64,000 bases of DNA. It comes from Candidatus Bathyarchaeota archaeon (GTDB lineage Archaea; Thermoproteota; Bathyarchaeia; TCS64). Below, piece by piece: positions 1 to 9,317 of this stretch. The translations under genes were made by a program, and so were the position numbers. The notes below the pieces were generated by a model. It was not told the origin of the DNA. It searched no databases and was given only the letters and a program-made list of their open reading frames with translations. The stretch's first letter is position 1. The number at the start of each line of letters is the position of its first letter. Location: NCBI GenBank assembly GCA_963769425.1, contig CAVYLP010000002.1, forward strand, positions 134,204-198,203. The letters run 5' to 3'.

Positions 1-1031
1 GAGAACCAGTAGAGCTCGGGGATGTTGAAGCCGTCTGAGCCGTACATTATCTTGGTCGTGGGGGCCATCTCGAGTAGACTTAGGAGCCTGCTCCTGAGCC
101 CGACGGAGACGATCGGGATCGTCTCGCTGAGGTCGATGTAGACGTTCGGGTACGCGTTGGCGAGGAAGGCTGCCTCCTCCATGTAGGGGTACCCACCGTG
201 GGTGAGGACGATGCTGGTCTCCCGGGCCACGGGATTCTGAAGTAGATCATATAGGAGAGACGGGTTCGCGATCCTTAGGTCCATGGACGGGCTGTCCCCC
301 ATGCCCGTGTGTATCTGGAGTGGGACGCCTAGGCGCCTCGCCTCCTCCACGCCGACCATCAGGAAGGTGTCGTAGACCGACTTATTCCTCTCGTTCCTCT
401 CGGATAGCACCGCGCTTGGCTTCTTTCCCTCCCGGACCAGCGAGGTCATCTCACCCCAGGATCGCTTCGCCACACCATCCTCCCAGCTCCTCACCGCGAG
501 GCCGGTCCTATAGGCGATGATCGACTTCAAGGCGACACATCCGCCCGAGACGGCTTCCCCTATCTGGGCCCGGAAATCCTCGACCGCCTGATCGTACGGG
601 ACGAGCCCCTTCAGCAGCCCGTGGACCGCGACCTCTAGCCTGAATATCTCGCGGACCTCTCTACCGATCATCTCCGAGAAGTCTTCTAGGTTGATCTCGT
701 ATCCGACGAACTCCTTGAATGGGTAACCAGAGTCCACAAGCAGTATCTCAAGTCCCGCCTCGTCGAAAAGCATCTGGATATACTCTGAGGGATCAGACCT
801 TATCCACCTCTGCCTTTCAGCGATGATATTCTCCTCACCACGCACGCGCAGGATCCGGCTAAGCTCCCGCATCACCGAGCGGTAAAGCATCGTGGATGTG
901 AGATCTTCGCGTCTTTGTGGTATGTCGCTGAGAGTGAGGTAGGCTTCGAATGATTTCGTCTCCTTCTCTGGAAGGAAGGGATGACAGTGAGCGTCAACAA
1001 CGGAGCAGTCGGTGAAATTCAGGTTTACCAT
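1..1031 (-). CDS. Amidohydrolase family (TIM-barrel metallo-hydrolase), 3' end outside the window
   Basis: Manual translation from ATG at 1031: MVNLNFTDCSVVDAHCHPF (DxHxH motif), later PLQIHTGMGD, LTHGGYPY, NVYIDLS, IMYGSDG; runs off the window edge. Confidence 0.85.
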   Translation of the reverse strand, partial: MVNLNFTDCSVVDAHCHPFLPEKETKSFEAYLTLSDIPQRREDLTSTMLYRSVMRELSRILRVRGEENIIAERQRWIRSDPSEYIQMLFDEAGLEILLVDSGYPFKEFVGYEINLEDFSEMIGREVREIFRLEVAVHGLLKGLVPYDQAVEDFRAQIGEAVSGGCVALKSIIAYRTGLAVRSWEDGVAKRSWGEMTSLVREGKKPSAVLSERNERNKSVYDTFLMVGVEEARRLGVPLQIHTGMGDSPSMDLRIANPSLLYDLLQNPVARETSIVLTHGGYPYMEEAAFLANAYPNVYIDLSETIPIVSVGLRSRLLSLLEMAPTTKIMYGSDGFNIPELYWF

Positions 1032-1104
1032 GAATTGGTGTAATCCATTAAGAGATATGAAATTACCCCATTAAAAAAGGGAAAATGGGGTGCCTAATTC
1101 GAGC

Positions 1105-1635
1105 CTAAAACTTGTCCCCGAGGACTGCAGTCATCTCCTTGTGGAGGTCCTGAAGCCTCTTAATGGCGGGGTGGTCGCTCCCCAGCTCCTGGGCGAAGTT
1201 GTCGATGGTTGAGTCAATCCCCACCTCGTGGGCTCCCTCGATGAGCTTGTCGGCGTAGCAGACAATCTTCTCCTCGAGGGTCTCGGGGATGTAGCTCCCT
1301 CTCGGGAGATTGTTCCTATGCGCCTCTTCCTGTGAAAGGCCTGCGCCGACGTGGCGCTCTATAATATGGGCGAGTTCCATCGGCATACCTAACTGTCGCG
1401 CCATCTGGCCCCCAACAGCGCCGTGTTCTATACCGTGAGTCTGGCCCCGCCCCAGGTCGTGGAGCAGGGCCCCTGACTCCACTAACCTCAGGTCCACTCG
1501 GTACCCCTTGCTCTTGAAGACGTTGGCGATCCTATTCGCTACCCTCGTCACGTTTATGCAGTGCTCGATGACGCCGTTGCTGCAGCCAGCTCTCCTGAGG
1601 ATCTGGATGCACTCATCCCGGGATGGGAGACTCAG
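1105..1635 (-). CDS. HDIG/HD-domain metal-dependent phosphohydrolase (TIGR00295-like)
   Basis: ALLHDLGR, HG..G, IERHVGAG, EEKIVCYADKL motifs. The frame stays open upstream of the called ORF (LSLPSRDECIQILRRAGCSNGVIEHC) to a CTG overlapping the tfe stop. Confidence 0.85.
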   Translation of the reverse strand: MSLPSRDECIQILRRAGCSNGVIEHCINVTRVANRIANVFKSKGYRVDLRLVESGALLHDLGRGQTHGIEHGAVGGQMARQLGMPMELAHIIERHVGAGLSQEEAHRNNLPRGSYIPETLEEKIVCYADKLIEGAHEVGIDSTIDNFAQELGSDHPAIKRLQDLHKEMTAVLGDKF

Positions 1636-2141
1636 GCCTCTAACTCCTCCTTGATTTCTGAAACCTTCTTCTCGAGGAACTCGACGATCTCAACGTTGTC
1701 CAAGCGGTGGAGGGGCTCGCCACATGTCGGGCACCTGAACACCGTCTCCATCGCCGTCTCGAACGTCGTCTTGGGGCACGTCGGGTTCCCGCAGTGGTAG
1801 AACTCGTGGAGCCTCTCGAACTCCAGCCTTGTCTCCAGCTTCTTCAGAATCTTCTGCTTCATCCCGTGAATATAGGCCTCGACGAACTCGGGCTGGAGGC
1901 GCCACTGGAATATGAACCAACCAGTCTCCTTGTCCCTGAACCTCTTCGAGGTCACGAGGCTGTGGTTATAGAACTTGTATAGGAGCTTGCGGACGTCATT
2001 TATCTGGATGTTCGTAGCTGCGCTTATTTCCTCGACTGTTATGTCCTGCTTGTCCTTGAGGACCTTGATGACCTCAACGCCCTGTTCGCCTCCCAGTACG
2101 TTGGCGATTCCATACAGGGTCTCGTCGCTCACTGTCATCAA
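1632..2141 (-). CDS. tfe: Transcription factor E (TFIIE alpha homologue)
   Basis: N-terminal wHTH (EEISAAT...VRKLLYKFYNHSLV...RDKETGWFIFQW) followed by Zn ribbon CxxxxC / CPTCG. Confidence 0.93.
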   Translation of the reverse strand: MMTVSDETLYGIANVLGGEQGVEVIKVLKDKQDITVEEISAATNIQINDVRKLLYKFYNHSLVTSKRFRDKETGWFIFQWRLQPEFVEAYIHGMKQKILKKLETRLEFERLHEFYHCGNPTCPKTTFETAMETVFRCPTCGEPLHRLDNVEIVEFLEKKVSEIKEELEA

Positions 2142-2185
2142 TGTCTAAGCTCCTACGTATACTCCTATCCGGGCAACTTAAATGT

Positions 2186-2734
2186 TTAAACTCGCCTACT
2201 CGAGGTTTTGATCTTTTTACCGTTTGCCTGCGGGATAACTGTCAGGCGGGCCCCTAGGAACTCCCGCTGTAACTCATGCCCCTGGTATAATTCGTGTAGG
2301 AAGAGTGCGAGGGCGCTAACCTCCGAGTGCGGCTGCCCCGTCACGGCGACGTTCCAGTCTGCCGCCCCGTAGACCTCCCCCGGCACCTTAGCACCGCCAA
2401 CGACGATTAGCTTCGGCGAAGGGTCGGATCGAATCTCACCGACGACCTCCTGGTAGGGCAACCCGTACATGGTGAGGTGGACGATCTTCCCCTTCCAATC
2501 GGCGAATACCGTCTTCCAGCCCACCGTGTATTCGAGAGTGAAGTCCCCGCCCCAGTCAGCAACTATCTTTTTAATCGACTCCTCGAGGGAGGGGTCCTGA
2601 ATTCCTGTGTAGTATGCCCTTTTAGCGCCGAACGTGCGCGCGGCGAGGAGGAGGTGGGTGGAAACCCTCTTGTCCCTCGATGGCCTGTGACCCAGGCGTA
2701 GAACGACAACCTCCTGATCGTGCTTCTCTGCCAT
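2186..2734 (-). CDS. trm56: tRNA (cytidine56-2'-O)-methyltransferase
   Basis: [52 protein letters not shown] motifs; start taken at MAEKH (2734). Confidence 0.93.
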   Translation of the reverse strand: MAEKHDQEVVVLRLGHRPSRDKRVSTHLLLAARTFGAKRAYYTGIQDPSLEESIKKIVADWGGDFTLEYTVGWKTVFADWKGKIVHLTMYGLPYQEVVGEIRSDPSPKLIVVGGAKVPGEVYGAADWNVAVTGQPHSEVSALALFLHELYQGHELQREFLGARLTVIPQANGKKIKTSSRRV

Positions 2735-2829
2735 GTCGGCGCCCCAGATTACAGGCAGCGTGGCCGATAAAAGGGTTGAGCCCCCTGCACCATTTTTAAG
2801 CATAACCCCATATACAGTCTGGATCGCCC

Positions 2830-3429
2830 TTGGCAGAGCAGATCGAGCACGTTGAGGCCCTCCCACTCATCGCGAAGAGGCGATGGCTCGGGATAATCAT
2901 ACCCGCCATAAACCTCCCACTCTTCGCCTTCAGCGCGTACACGACCGTGACCATGTACCTCGCGGGTGCCCCAACGAACTCCGAGGACTTCATAAGCAAC
3001 GTTCTAGTCATGGTCGCAACCATCGCCCTCGGCCTCCTGCTCCCCCTCTGGGTGCCCGTCTACACAAGCAGTTACACCCTCGAGGAAGGTGGCCTCAGGA
3101 TCAGCAGGCTGCTGAAGAAGAGCGTGTTCCTCCCCTACAAGGAGATAGCGCGCACCGAGGTCTACATCCGAGAGCCCGGAGAGATCCCCGAGGACGCCAT
3201 AAACTACACGAGGGTGAACGCCGAGAAGCTCAAGAAGACTGGCTTCGGATTCGTAGACTTCACGAACTCGGAGGCGAACATTGTCCTCCTCATGTCGGGG
3301 AGGAAGATCTACATGATCTCCCCCACTAAGCCGCGTGCCTTCCTGAAGAGCCTGAAGAAGAGGGCGAATTCCTGTGTAGTATGCCCTTTTAGCGCCGAAC
3401 GTGCGCGCGGCGAGGAGGAGGTGGGTTGA
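2830..3429 (+). pseudogene. C-terminally chimeric copy of the membrane PH-like protein (copy A)
   Basis: Matches 3596-4198 up to ...SLKKRA, then reads into antisense trm56 sequence at the duplication junction. Confidence 0.75.
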
Positions 3430-3501
3430 AACCCTCTTGTCCCTCGATGGCCTGTGACCCAGGCGTAGAACGACAACCTCCTGATCGTGCTTCTCTGCCA
3501 T
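3366..3501 (-). pseudogene. 5' fragment of trm56 (second copy, truncated at the junction)
   Basis: [27 protein letters not shown]...YYTGI, then unrelated sequence. Confidence 0.85.
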
Positions 3502-3595
3502 GTCGGCGCCCCAGATTACAGGCAGCTTAGCCGATAAAAGGGTTGAGCCCCTGCACCATTTTTAAGCATAACCCCATATACAGTCTGGATCGCCC

Positions 3596-4198
3596 TTGGC
3601 AGAGCAGATCGAGCACGTTGAGGCCCTCCCACTCATCGCGAAGAGGCGATGGCTCGGCATCATCATACCCGCTATTAACCTCCCACTCTTCACCTTCAGC
3701 GCGTACACAACCGTGACCATGTATCTCGCGGGTGCCCCAACGAACTCAGAGGATTTCATAAGCAACGTTCTAGTCATGGTCGCCACTATCGCCCTCGGCC
3801 TCCTGCTCCCACTCTGGGTGCCCGTCTACACAAGCAGTTACACCCTCGAGGAAAGCGGCCTCAGAATCAGTAGGCTGCTGAAGAAGAGCGTGTTCCTCCC
3901 CTACAAGGAGATAGCGCGTACCGAGGTTTACATCCGTGAGCCCGGCGAGATCCCCGAGGACGCCATCAACTACACGAGAGTGAACGCCGAGAAGCTCAAG
4001 AAGACCGGCTTCGGATTCGTAGACTTCACGAACTCGGAGGCGAACATAGTCCTTCTCATGTCGGGGCGGAAGATCTACATGATCTCCCCCACCAAGCCGC
4101 GCGCCTTCCTGAAGAGCTTGAAGAGGAGGGCCCCCAAGCTCACGGCGAAGGTCGTTGAGCTGAACGCCAAGGGGAAAAATATTCAGGAGCTAGAGTGA
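3596..4198 (+). CDS. Membrane protein, two TM helices plus bacterial PH-like domain
   Basis: Two hydrophobic segments, then YTLEESGLRI...LPYKEI and [15 protein letters not shown], typical of bPH domains. Confidence 0.7.
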   Translation: MAEQIEHVEALPLIAKRRWLGIIIPAINLPLFTFSAYTTVTMYLAGAPTNSEDFISNVLVMVATIALGLLLPLWVPVYTSSYTLEESGLRISRLLKKSVFLPYKEIARTEVYIREPGEIPEDAINYTRVNAEKLKKTGFGFVDFTNSEANIVLLMSGRKIYMISPTKPRAFLKSLKRRAPKLTAKVVELNAKGKNIQELE

Positions 4199-4199
4199 G

Positions 4200-4646
4200 T
4201 TGGCGCCAATAGCCAGAAATGTCGGAAATATTTTAGCGCAAACTAAGATCAAGGAGCATCAAGACGATTACTCAATTGTGTTTATTGATCCTGCTCAGAG
4301 AGATGAAGTCTGGAACGCTTTAAAGAATCTGAAGTCTTTTACTTCCTACACCTTCACTGATGACGAGGTGTCCCTTGTAATTCGTTCCACAGAATGGGAG
4401 AAATTAAAAAAATGTTTCGGTGGAAGCAAGGAAGAGGGACCATACAGGCTTATAACTTTCGATATTGTACTAGACCTATCAATTGTCGGATTCCTCTCAG
4501 TAGTATCTACAGCTTTAGCGGAATCAGGAGTTAGTGTGTATGCGCTTTCAACTTACCTAACGGATCATATTCTTGTTAAGAAAAAGGATGCAAGAAAGGC
4601 TATTGGAGTGCTTAATGAAATGATCACTAAATCAAGTATTGTATAA
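4200..4646 (+). CDS. ACT-domain protein (ACT_7/CASTOR-like)
   Basis: DEVSLVI, LDLSIVGFLSVVSTALAESGVSVYALSTYLTDHILVK. Confidence 0.85.
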   Translation: MAPIARNVGNILAQTKIKEHQDDYSIVFIDPAQRDEVWNALKNLKSFTSYTFTDDEVSLVIRSTEWEKLKKCFGGSKEEGPYRLITFDIVLDLSIVGFLSVVSTALAESGVSVYALSTYLTDHILVKKKDARKAIGVLNEMITKSSIV

Positions 4647-5030
4647 TCAATGATCTATCTGTAGCATAATTAACAACTGCACCTTAGGTGAGTGAATTAT
4701 TGTCGACGCCTCACCTCATGGAAAATTCACTTTAACATCTTGCGATTAAATTCAAAAAGTTATCTTAACTAATTAGAAAAATAACACCTATGAGTGAAAA
4801 TCCAAATAAAATCGCTAATCTGAGTACATAATTTAGTTTCAATATATATATTATATTAAATGGTATGCGCCATCTGATCACTAATTGATTAATATTTTAA
4901 TTTTGGATATATGCTCCTCTAATAGTTCGATATTTTGATTGAAATGTTCTTATGGTAACCTAATAATGATTAACCTAAAATTTAGTAGCCACTTTTAAAT
5001 CAGTAATGCCGTAATTATTAGAGATAATTA

Positions 5031-5594
5031 ATGAATTCAAGAAAAATCTCCATTTTAGTCGTATTTTCGGCTCTCACTGTGTTCTTAAATATTTCTCCAA
5101 TAAAGATTCCTGCACCTTATGCTCCTTTTCTAATTTATCAATTATGGGAGATACCAATTGTTACTGTTTCATTACTTTATGGATTTCAGATGGGTATTTC
5201 AGTATCTATAATTAACACTCTAATATTATTATTAGTTTATCCTGGTGCATTACCCACTGGACCACTCTATAATTTTATTGCAGTACTAAGCATGTTATTC
5301 GGTATATATATTTTTAGAAAGTTCTTTTTAAATTTTTATAAAATGGATAATGAAAAAATATCTATTACTACATCTACTATTCTCGGTATGATAACGAGAG
5401 TTATAACAATGACTATTATAAATTGGATTGTCCTTCCATTTCCTCCCCCAATTGGATTCAGTATTCCTTCCGATATTGCTATTACGTTTTTGCCCTTAAT
5501 TGGCTTCTTTAATGCTACATTAGCTTTGTACACAATTCCACTCGGTATAATATTAGCTAAGGCGGTCAGGAATCGTATAACTATTAACCAATAA
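5031..5594 (+). CDS. ECF transporter S component (substrate unknown)
   Basis: About six TM helices, KIPAPYAPFLIYQLWEIP motif; very AT-rich codons. Confidence 0.75.
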   Translation: MNSRKISILVVFSALTVFLNISPIKIPAPYAPFLIYQLWEIPIVTVSLLYGFQMGISVSIINTLILLLVYPGALPTGPLYNFIAVLSMLFGIYIFRKFFLNFYKMDNEKISITTSTILGMITRVITMTIINWIVLPFPPPIGFSIPSDIAITFLPLIGFFNATLALYTIPLGIILAKAVRNRITINQ

Positions 5595-5798
5595 ATTAAC
5601 TACTTTCTCAGGATTATTTACTATTTTTACTGTGTTAATTCTCTAGACTTTTATAAATTTATTAAGATATGAGCGAAGTAGTTAAAACTCTAGTCAGTAG
5701 AATAATGTTGAATTTAGGAGGGGTTGATTATTTGTGTGTCATAGATGTGGACACCCATATCTCAATAGCTCAATCTATCCCCTCAAATACGAACAAGC

Positions 5799-8099
5799 TT
5801 GGCGAAGGCGAGCCCCGGTGATACCCACATGATTAGGGTACTCCATATAGATTCGGATGGAGACTTTATGGGGCTCCTTAAGCGACGAATCGAGGAAGCA
5901 GATTCATCATTTCAATTCGAGTCAGTGATAAATGTTGTAGAAGCGAAAACAAAGTTTGAGAGTCAATACTTTGATTGTGTGTTAATCGGGCAATCTCAAA
6001 CACTTAACGCATTTGAGTTAACCAAGAATTTTAGGAGCACATCAAGCGTACCAATAATAATCTACGCCTTGGAGGATTCTGAGAATTTAGTCTCACGTTC
6101 TTTCGACGCAGGCGCCGATGAATTAGTCGTTAAGCCTTCACTTGATCATCCCCTCGACTTTGCACGAAGGATATCCGTCTTAGTTAACAGAAGACACGCC
6201 GAGGACCTGAAAAATGCGATCTCGGAAGCAGAGAAGTACGCTGTCGCAGTGGAGGTTGGGGACGAGATTATCTACGTCAACTATCCATTCGAACAGTTAG
6301 TCTCTAAGAATGCCTCTGACATCATTAGTAAAAGCCTTACATCATTCGTACCTACTTTCGAAAAAACTAATATGGAAAAACTTTTCAGCGATGGAGGAGA
6401 GTCCACTCTAACAGTTCTCCGCCAAAATGCTCCCAGTCGAAAATGCAGAATCAAAATTACAAAGACGAAACTCCAGGGCAAAGACGCCTCGATTGCAATA
6501 ATTGAAGACATCACTGATACACTGGAGAGAGAAAACCGGTTAAACTCTCTTCATTCTCAGGCCTCTAGAATACTACAGGCTCGGAGTGTAGATGAATTAG
6601 CTAAGAAGACATTGGATTCCATCGAGGCGGGCTTTGACTCAGAAGTCATCAGTTACATGATAGTCGATAGAGACGACCTCGTTTGTGTCGAACGTCGATG
6701 GAGAGCCCGTGGGCTAAGGATGCCCATAAACAGCGGCAACACTATGGGGAGAGCCGTCCTTCAGGGAAAACCCATTAGCGTTAACGATTTTCGCAAGGAG
6801 CCTACCATGCTAGAGGATTCGGCTCCGAGGTCAGGAATTTCGGTACCGGTTAAGCAGGATGATAAAATTGTAGCCGTCATCGATCTACGCAGTAGTCGAG
6901 AGGATGCATTCACCGAGACCGATATCGATGCCCTAAATTCGCTCTCGACTTACGTTGGCAGTGTTCACAAGTTAATAGATGATCTGAGGTCAGCGGAGAG
7001 CTCCGAGACACAGTATCGGAGGCTGCTGGATGCGTTTAACGACGCGGTCTTCGTACTGGATGAATCAAAGTATCTATACGTTAACAAGAGGGGAGTAGAG
7101 CTACTCGGATACTCTGATCCATCTGAGATCGTTGGCACAGACATTTACAGACACGTCTCTCCCGAGTTCAGAGAACTTGTTAAAACTAGGATTGAGGGGC
7201 GCCTAATTGGTGAGGCCGTTCCATCCACCTATGAGATCAAACTCGTTAAGGCTGACGGGACGACCATAGACATCGAGGTTGACGCCTCTAGAATAATCTT
7301 TGAGGGAAAGCCAGCATCGCTCACCATCGAGAAAGATGTAACAGCGCAGAAACAGAAGCAGAGCCAGCTGAACAAGCGCACGGCCGAACTGGAGTTGCAG
7401 ATTGAGAAGAGGACCCAAGAACTCCTAGAAGCTCAGCAGTTCGCAGCCGCGGGGAGGATGGCTAGCATGGTAGGCCACGACCTCAGGAGTCCACTGCAAT
7501 CGATTAAAAACGCTGCGTACCTCATGCGCCGTCAACCAACAAGATCCGAAGATATGCTGAACTCAATAGAATCCTCTGTCGACCGCGCACTCGCTATGCT
7601 TGAGGAGCTTAGACACCAAACCAGGGAGACTCCCCTCAAAGAGGAATCTGTGGATCTCCCCGAGATGGTCATGAGCATACTCAAGGATACGCCGATGGGC
7701 GAGGGCATCCAAGTTGACATGAGGCTCGACCCCTCCATCAAGGTGGTTAGGTTAGACCCCATGAAGATTAGAAGGGTCGTCGAGAACCTGGTTAGAAACG
7801 CGCTCGACGCCATGCCTAACGGAGGGCGACTTACAGTCGAGACGAAGGCGGAGGGGGACTATTTCACCGTGCTCGTCACAGATACAGGAGTAGGCATACC
7901 CAAAGAGAATTTCCCCAATTTATTCAAATCATTCTTCACCACAAAGTCGAACGGCCTGGGCCTAGGACTCGCATACACTCAGAAGGCCGTTGAGGCCCAC
8001 GGGGGAACAGTTGAAGTCGAATCCGAGGTCGGAAAGGGCACAACATTCAAAGTCCGTCTTCCCAATCGCCCCAGCCAAAAAGCTCCGGAGGCCAAGTAA
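5799..8099 (+). CDS. Hybrid sensor histidine kinase: pseudo-REC-PAS-GAF-PAS-HisKA-HATPase
   Basis: H-box VGHDLRSPL, N-box ENLVRNALDAM, DTGVGI, FFTTK, GLGLGL; the start may be the ATG at 5829. Confidence 0.92.
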   Translation: MAKASPGDTHMIRVLHIDSDGDFMGLLKRRIEEADSSFQFESVINVVEAKTKFESQYFDCVLIGQSQTLNAFELTKNFRSTSSVPIIIYALEDSENLVSRSFDAGADELVVKPSLDHPLDFARRISVLVNRRHAEDLKNAISEAEKYAVAVEVGDEIIYVNYPFEQLVSKNASDIISKSLTSFVPTFEKTNMEKLFSDGGESTLTVLRQNAPSRKCRIKITKTKLQGKDASIAIIEDITDTLERENRLNSLHSQASRILQARSVDELAKKTLDSIEAGFDSEVISYMIVDRDDLVCVERRWRARGLRMPINSGNTMGRAVLQGKPISVNDFRKEPTMLEDSAPRSGISVPVKQDDKIVAVIDLRSSREDAFTETDIDALNSLSTYVGSVHKLIDDLRSAESSETQYRRLLDAFNDAVFVLDESKYLYVNKRGVELLGYSDPSEIVGTDIYRHVSPEFRELVKTRIEGRLIGEAVPSTYEIKLVKADGTTIDIEVDASRIIFEGKPASLTIEKDVTAQKQKQSQLNKRTAELELQIEKRTQELLEAQQFAAAGRMASMVGHDLRSPLQSIKNAAYLMRRQPTRSEDMLNSIESSVDRALAMLEELRHQTRETPLKEESVDLPEMVMSILKDTPMGEGIQVDMRLDPSIKVVRLDPMKIRRVVENLVRNALDAMPNGGRLTVETKAEGDYFTVLVTDTGVGIPKENFPNLFKSFFTTKSNGLGLGLAYTQKAVEAHGGTVEVESEVGKGTTFKVRLPNRPSQKAPEAK

Positions 8100-8548
8100 T
8101 GGTAGATAAAAACCCCACATCGATCAGCAAGACTCATAGGAAAAGAGCAAACACCTCACACAGACAGAAGCATCTTCGAGTGTTACATATCGATGACGAT
8201 TTGGACCAATTGATGTTCACGAAGCTCTTCCTAGAGGAATGCGACCCCAACATCAGTGTCGAGTCTATCTCGATTCCATCAGACGCGGTGCGAGCAGTCA
8301 ACTCTAGGTCTTTCGACTGCGTCGTTTCAGATTACCAGATGGACGAGATGGACGGGATCATTTTGACTAAACGAATCCGTGAGCGTAGTGATATTCCAAT
8401 CATTATCTACACGGGGCGAGGCAGCGAGGAAATTGAGGAAGTCGCGAAGGCTGCTGGTGCAGATGGCTACGTTCAGAAAGCCATAGATCCTAAACATTAT
8501 CACGGCTTATACGAACAAATACTAGTCGCTATCCAGTGTGATGATTAA
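8099..8548 (+). CDS. Stand-alone response regulator receiver
   Basis: LHIDDD, DCVVSDYQMDEMDG, IIYTG, GADGYVQK; 1-nt overlap with the kinase stop. Confidence 0.9.
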   Translation: MVDKNPTSISKTHRKRANTSHRQKHLRVLHIDDDLDQLMFTKLFLEECDPNISVESISIPSDAVRAVNSRSFDCVVSDYQMDEMDGIILTKRIRERSDIPIIIYTGRGSEEIEEVAKAAGADGYVQKAIDPKHYHGLYEQILVAIQCDD

Positions 8549-8810
8549 TATAAAATATGATAATCTTAAAATTATTAAATTGTCTTATTAATTCGTTTTT
8601 ATCCAAAAATAAATAAGAAATATCAAATAATTCGGATAATTTTTAGAGGTATTGCGTTAGGAATGATTACCAACTTCAACCCATGGAGATCGTGAGGCGT
8701 AAATACTCTATACAGTCTTGCCTCGCTTGGAATTCAATAACCATTATCGGTCTAAACAATCATTTACTCTGGTACACTCCTACTCGGAACAGAAGCATGG
8801 AAAAATCGTT

Positions 8811-9002
8811 ATCCTATGCTACTAGGAATCCCATTCCTAGCTACATGGAAGAAACTACCTGCTGCTAGGAAGAGAATACCAGTTACTTGGAAGAAAATTC
8901 CTGTTGCAGGGAAGAGCGACATTCCAGCTACCAAGAAGTAAATTCCTGCTACAAGGAAGAAGACCTTCCAGCTACTAGGAATTGACTTCCTGCAACTGGG
9001 AA
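8811..9002. repeat. Degenerate tandem array of nine palindromic TTCC-N8-GGAA units, about 21-bp period
   Basis: GGAA/AGAA half-sites start at 8825, 8847, 8868, 8889, 8910, 8934, 8955, 8978, 8999. Confidence 0.8.
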
Positions 9003-9230
9003 TACGGGTCAAAGGAGTGGATGTGCAAGAGAAAGTCATATTCACGGTCATTATGCGGAGGAGGATCGAGGATTGGTGGGGGGGATGACGTGGAACTTGA
9101 ACCCCCTGACCAATAATCTGCGGTGTTTCGATTGAGTTGTATTTCTTCACAGAGGAAGAGAAGAGGAGAGGGTTTGGCTGAATGGAGCGGAGGGAAATAG
9201 GCAGGTCAAGAATCTTAATCCAAAAGCTCG

Positions 9231-9317
9231 GGTTAATGTTTTTATTGGTGACTGGATAGTCTATTTGGCGCGCTCCTGTCGTCTAGTCCGGTCAAGGATA
9301 TGGGCCTCTCGAGTCCG
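9231..9317 (+). repeat. Exact 87-bp direct repeat of 10959-11045: tRNA-Glu upstream region plus tRNA 5' half (9272-9317)
   Basis: ggttaatgtttttattggtg...gctcctgtcgtctagtccggtcaaggatatgggcctctcgagtccg is present twice, 1728 bp apart. Confidence 0.95.

Larger units (their letters stand above)
2599..4131. repeat. Tandem direct duplication: 2599-3365 (767 bp) and 3366-4131 (766 bp)
   Basis: Manual alignment gives about 33 substitutions and one 1-bp indel; both copies start with GAATTC. Confidence 0.95.

Noticed and set aside
3004-3501. 165-aa ORF starting like Trm56
   Set aside because: Chimera of the trm56 5' fragment and antisense of the PH-like gene, created by the duplication junction
8811-9002. 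CRISPR array or replication-origin ORB boxes
   Set aside because: Period is only about 21 bp with no spacer-length unique sequence and no cas genes. The ORB core is TTCCAGTGGAA (3-nt centre) with a G-string, and no cdc6 lies nearby
9074-9112. tRNA 3'-half-like sequence on the minus strand (GGTCAGGGGGTTCAAGTTCC...ACCA)
   Set aside because: The T-stem has a mismatch, the spacing to ACCA is wrong and no acceptor or D arm can be formed
9272-9317. Split or intron-containing tRNA-Glu gene
   Set aside because: The break is after the anticodon stem rather than at 37/38, no bulge-helix-bulge or separate 3' half is visible in the window, and an intact identical tRNA lies 1.7 kb away
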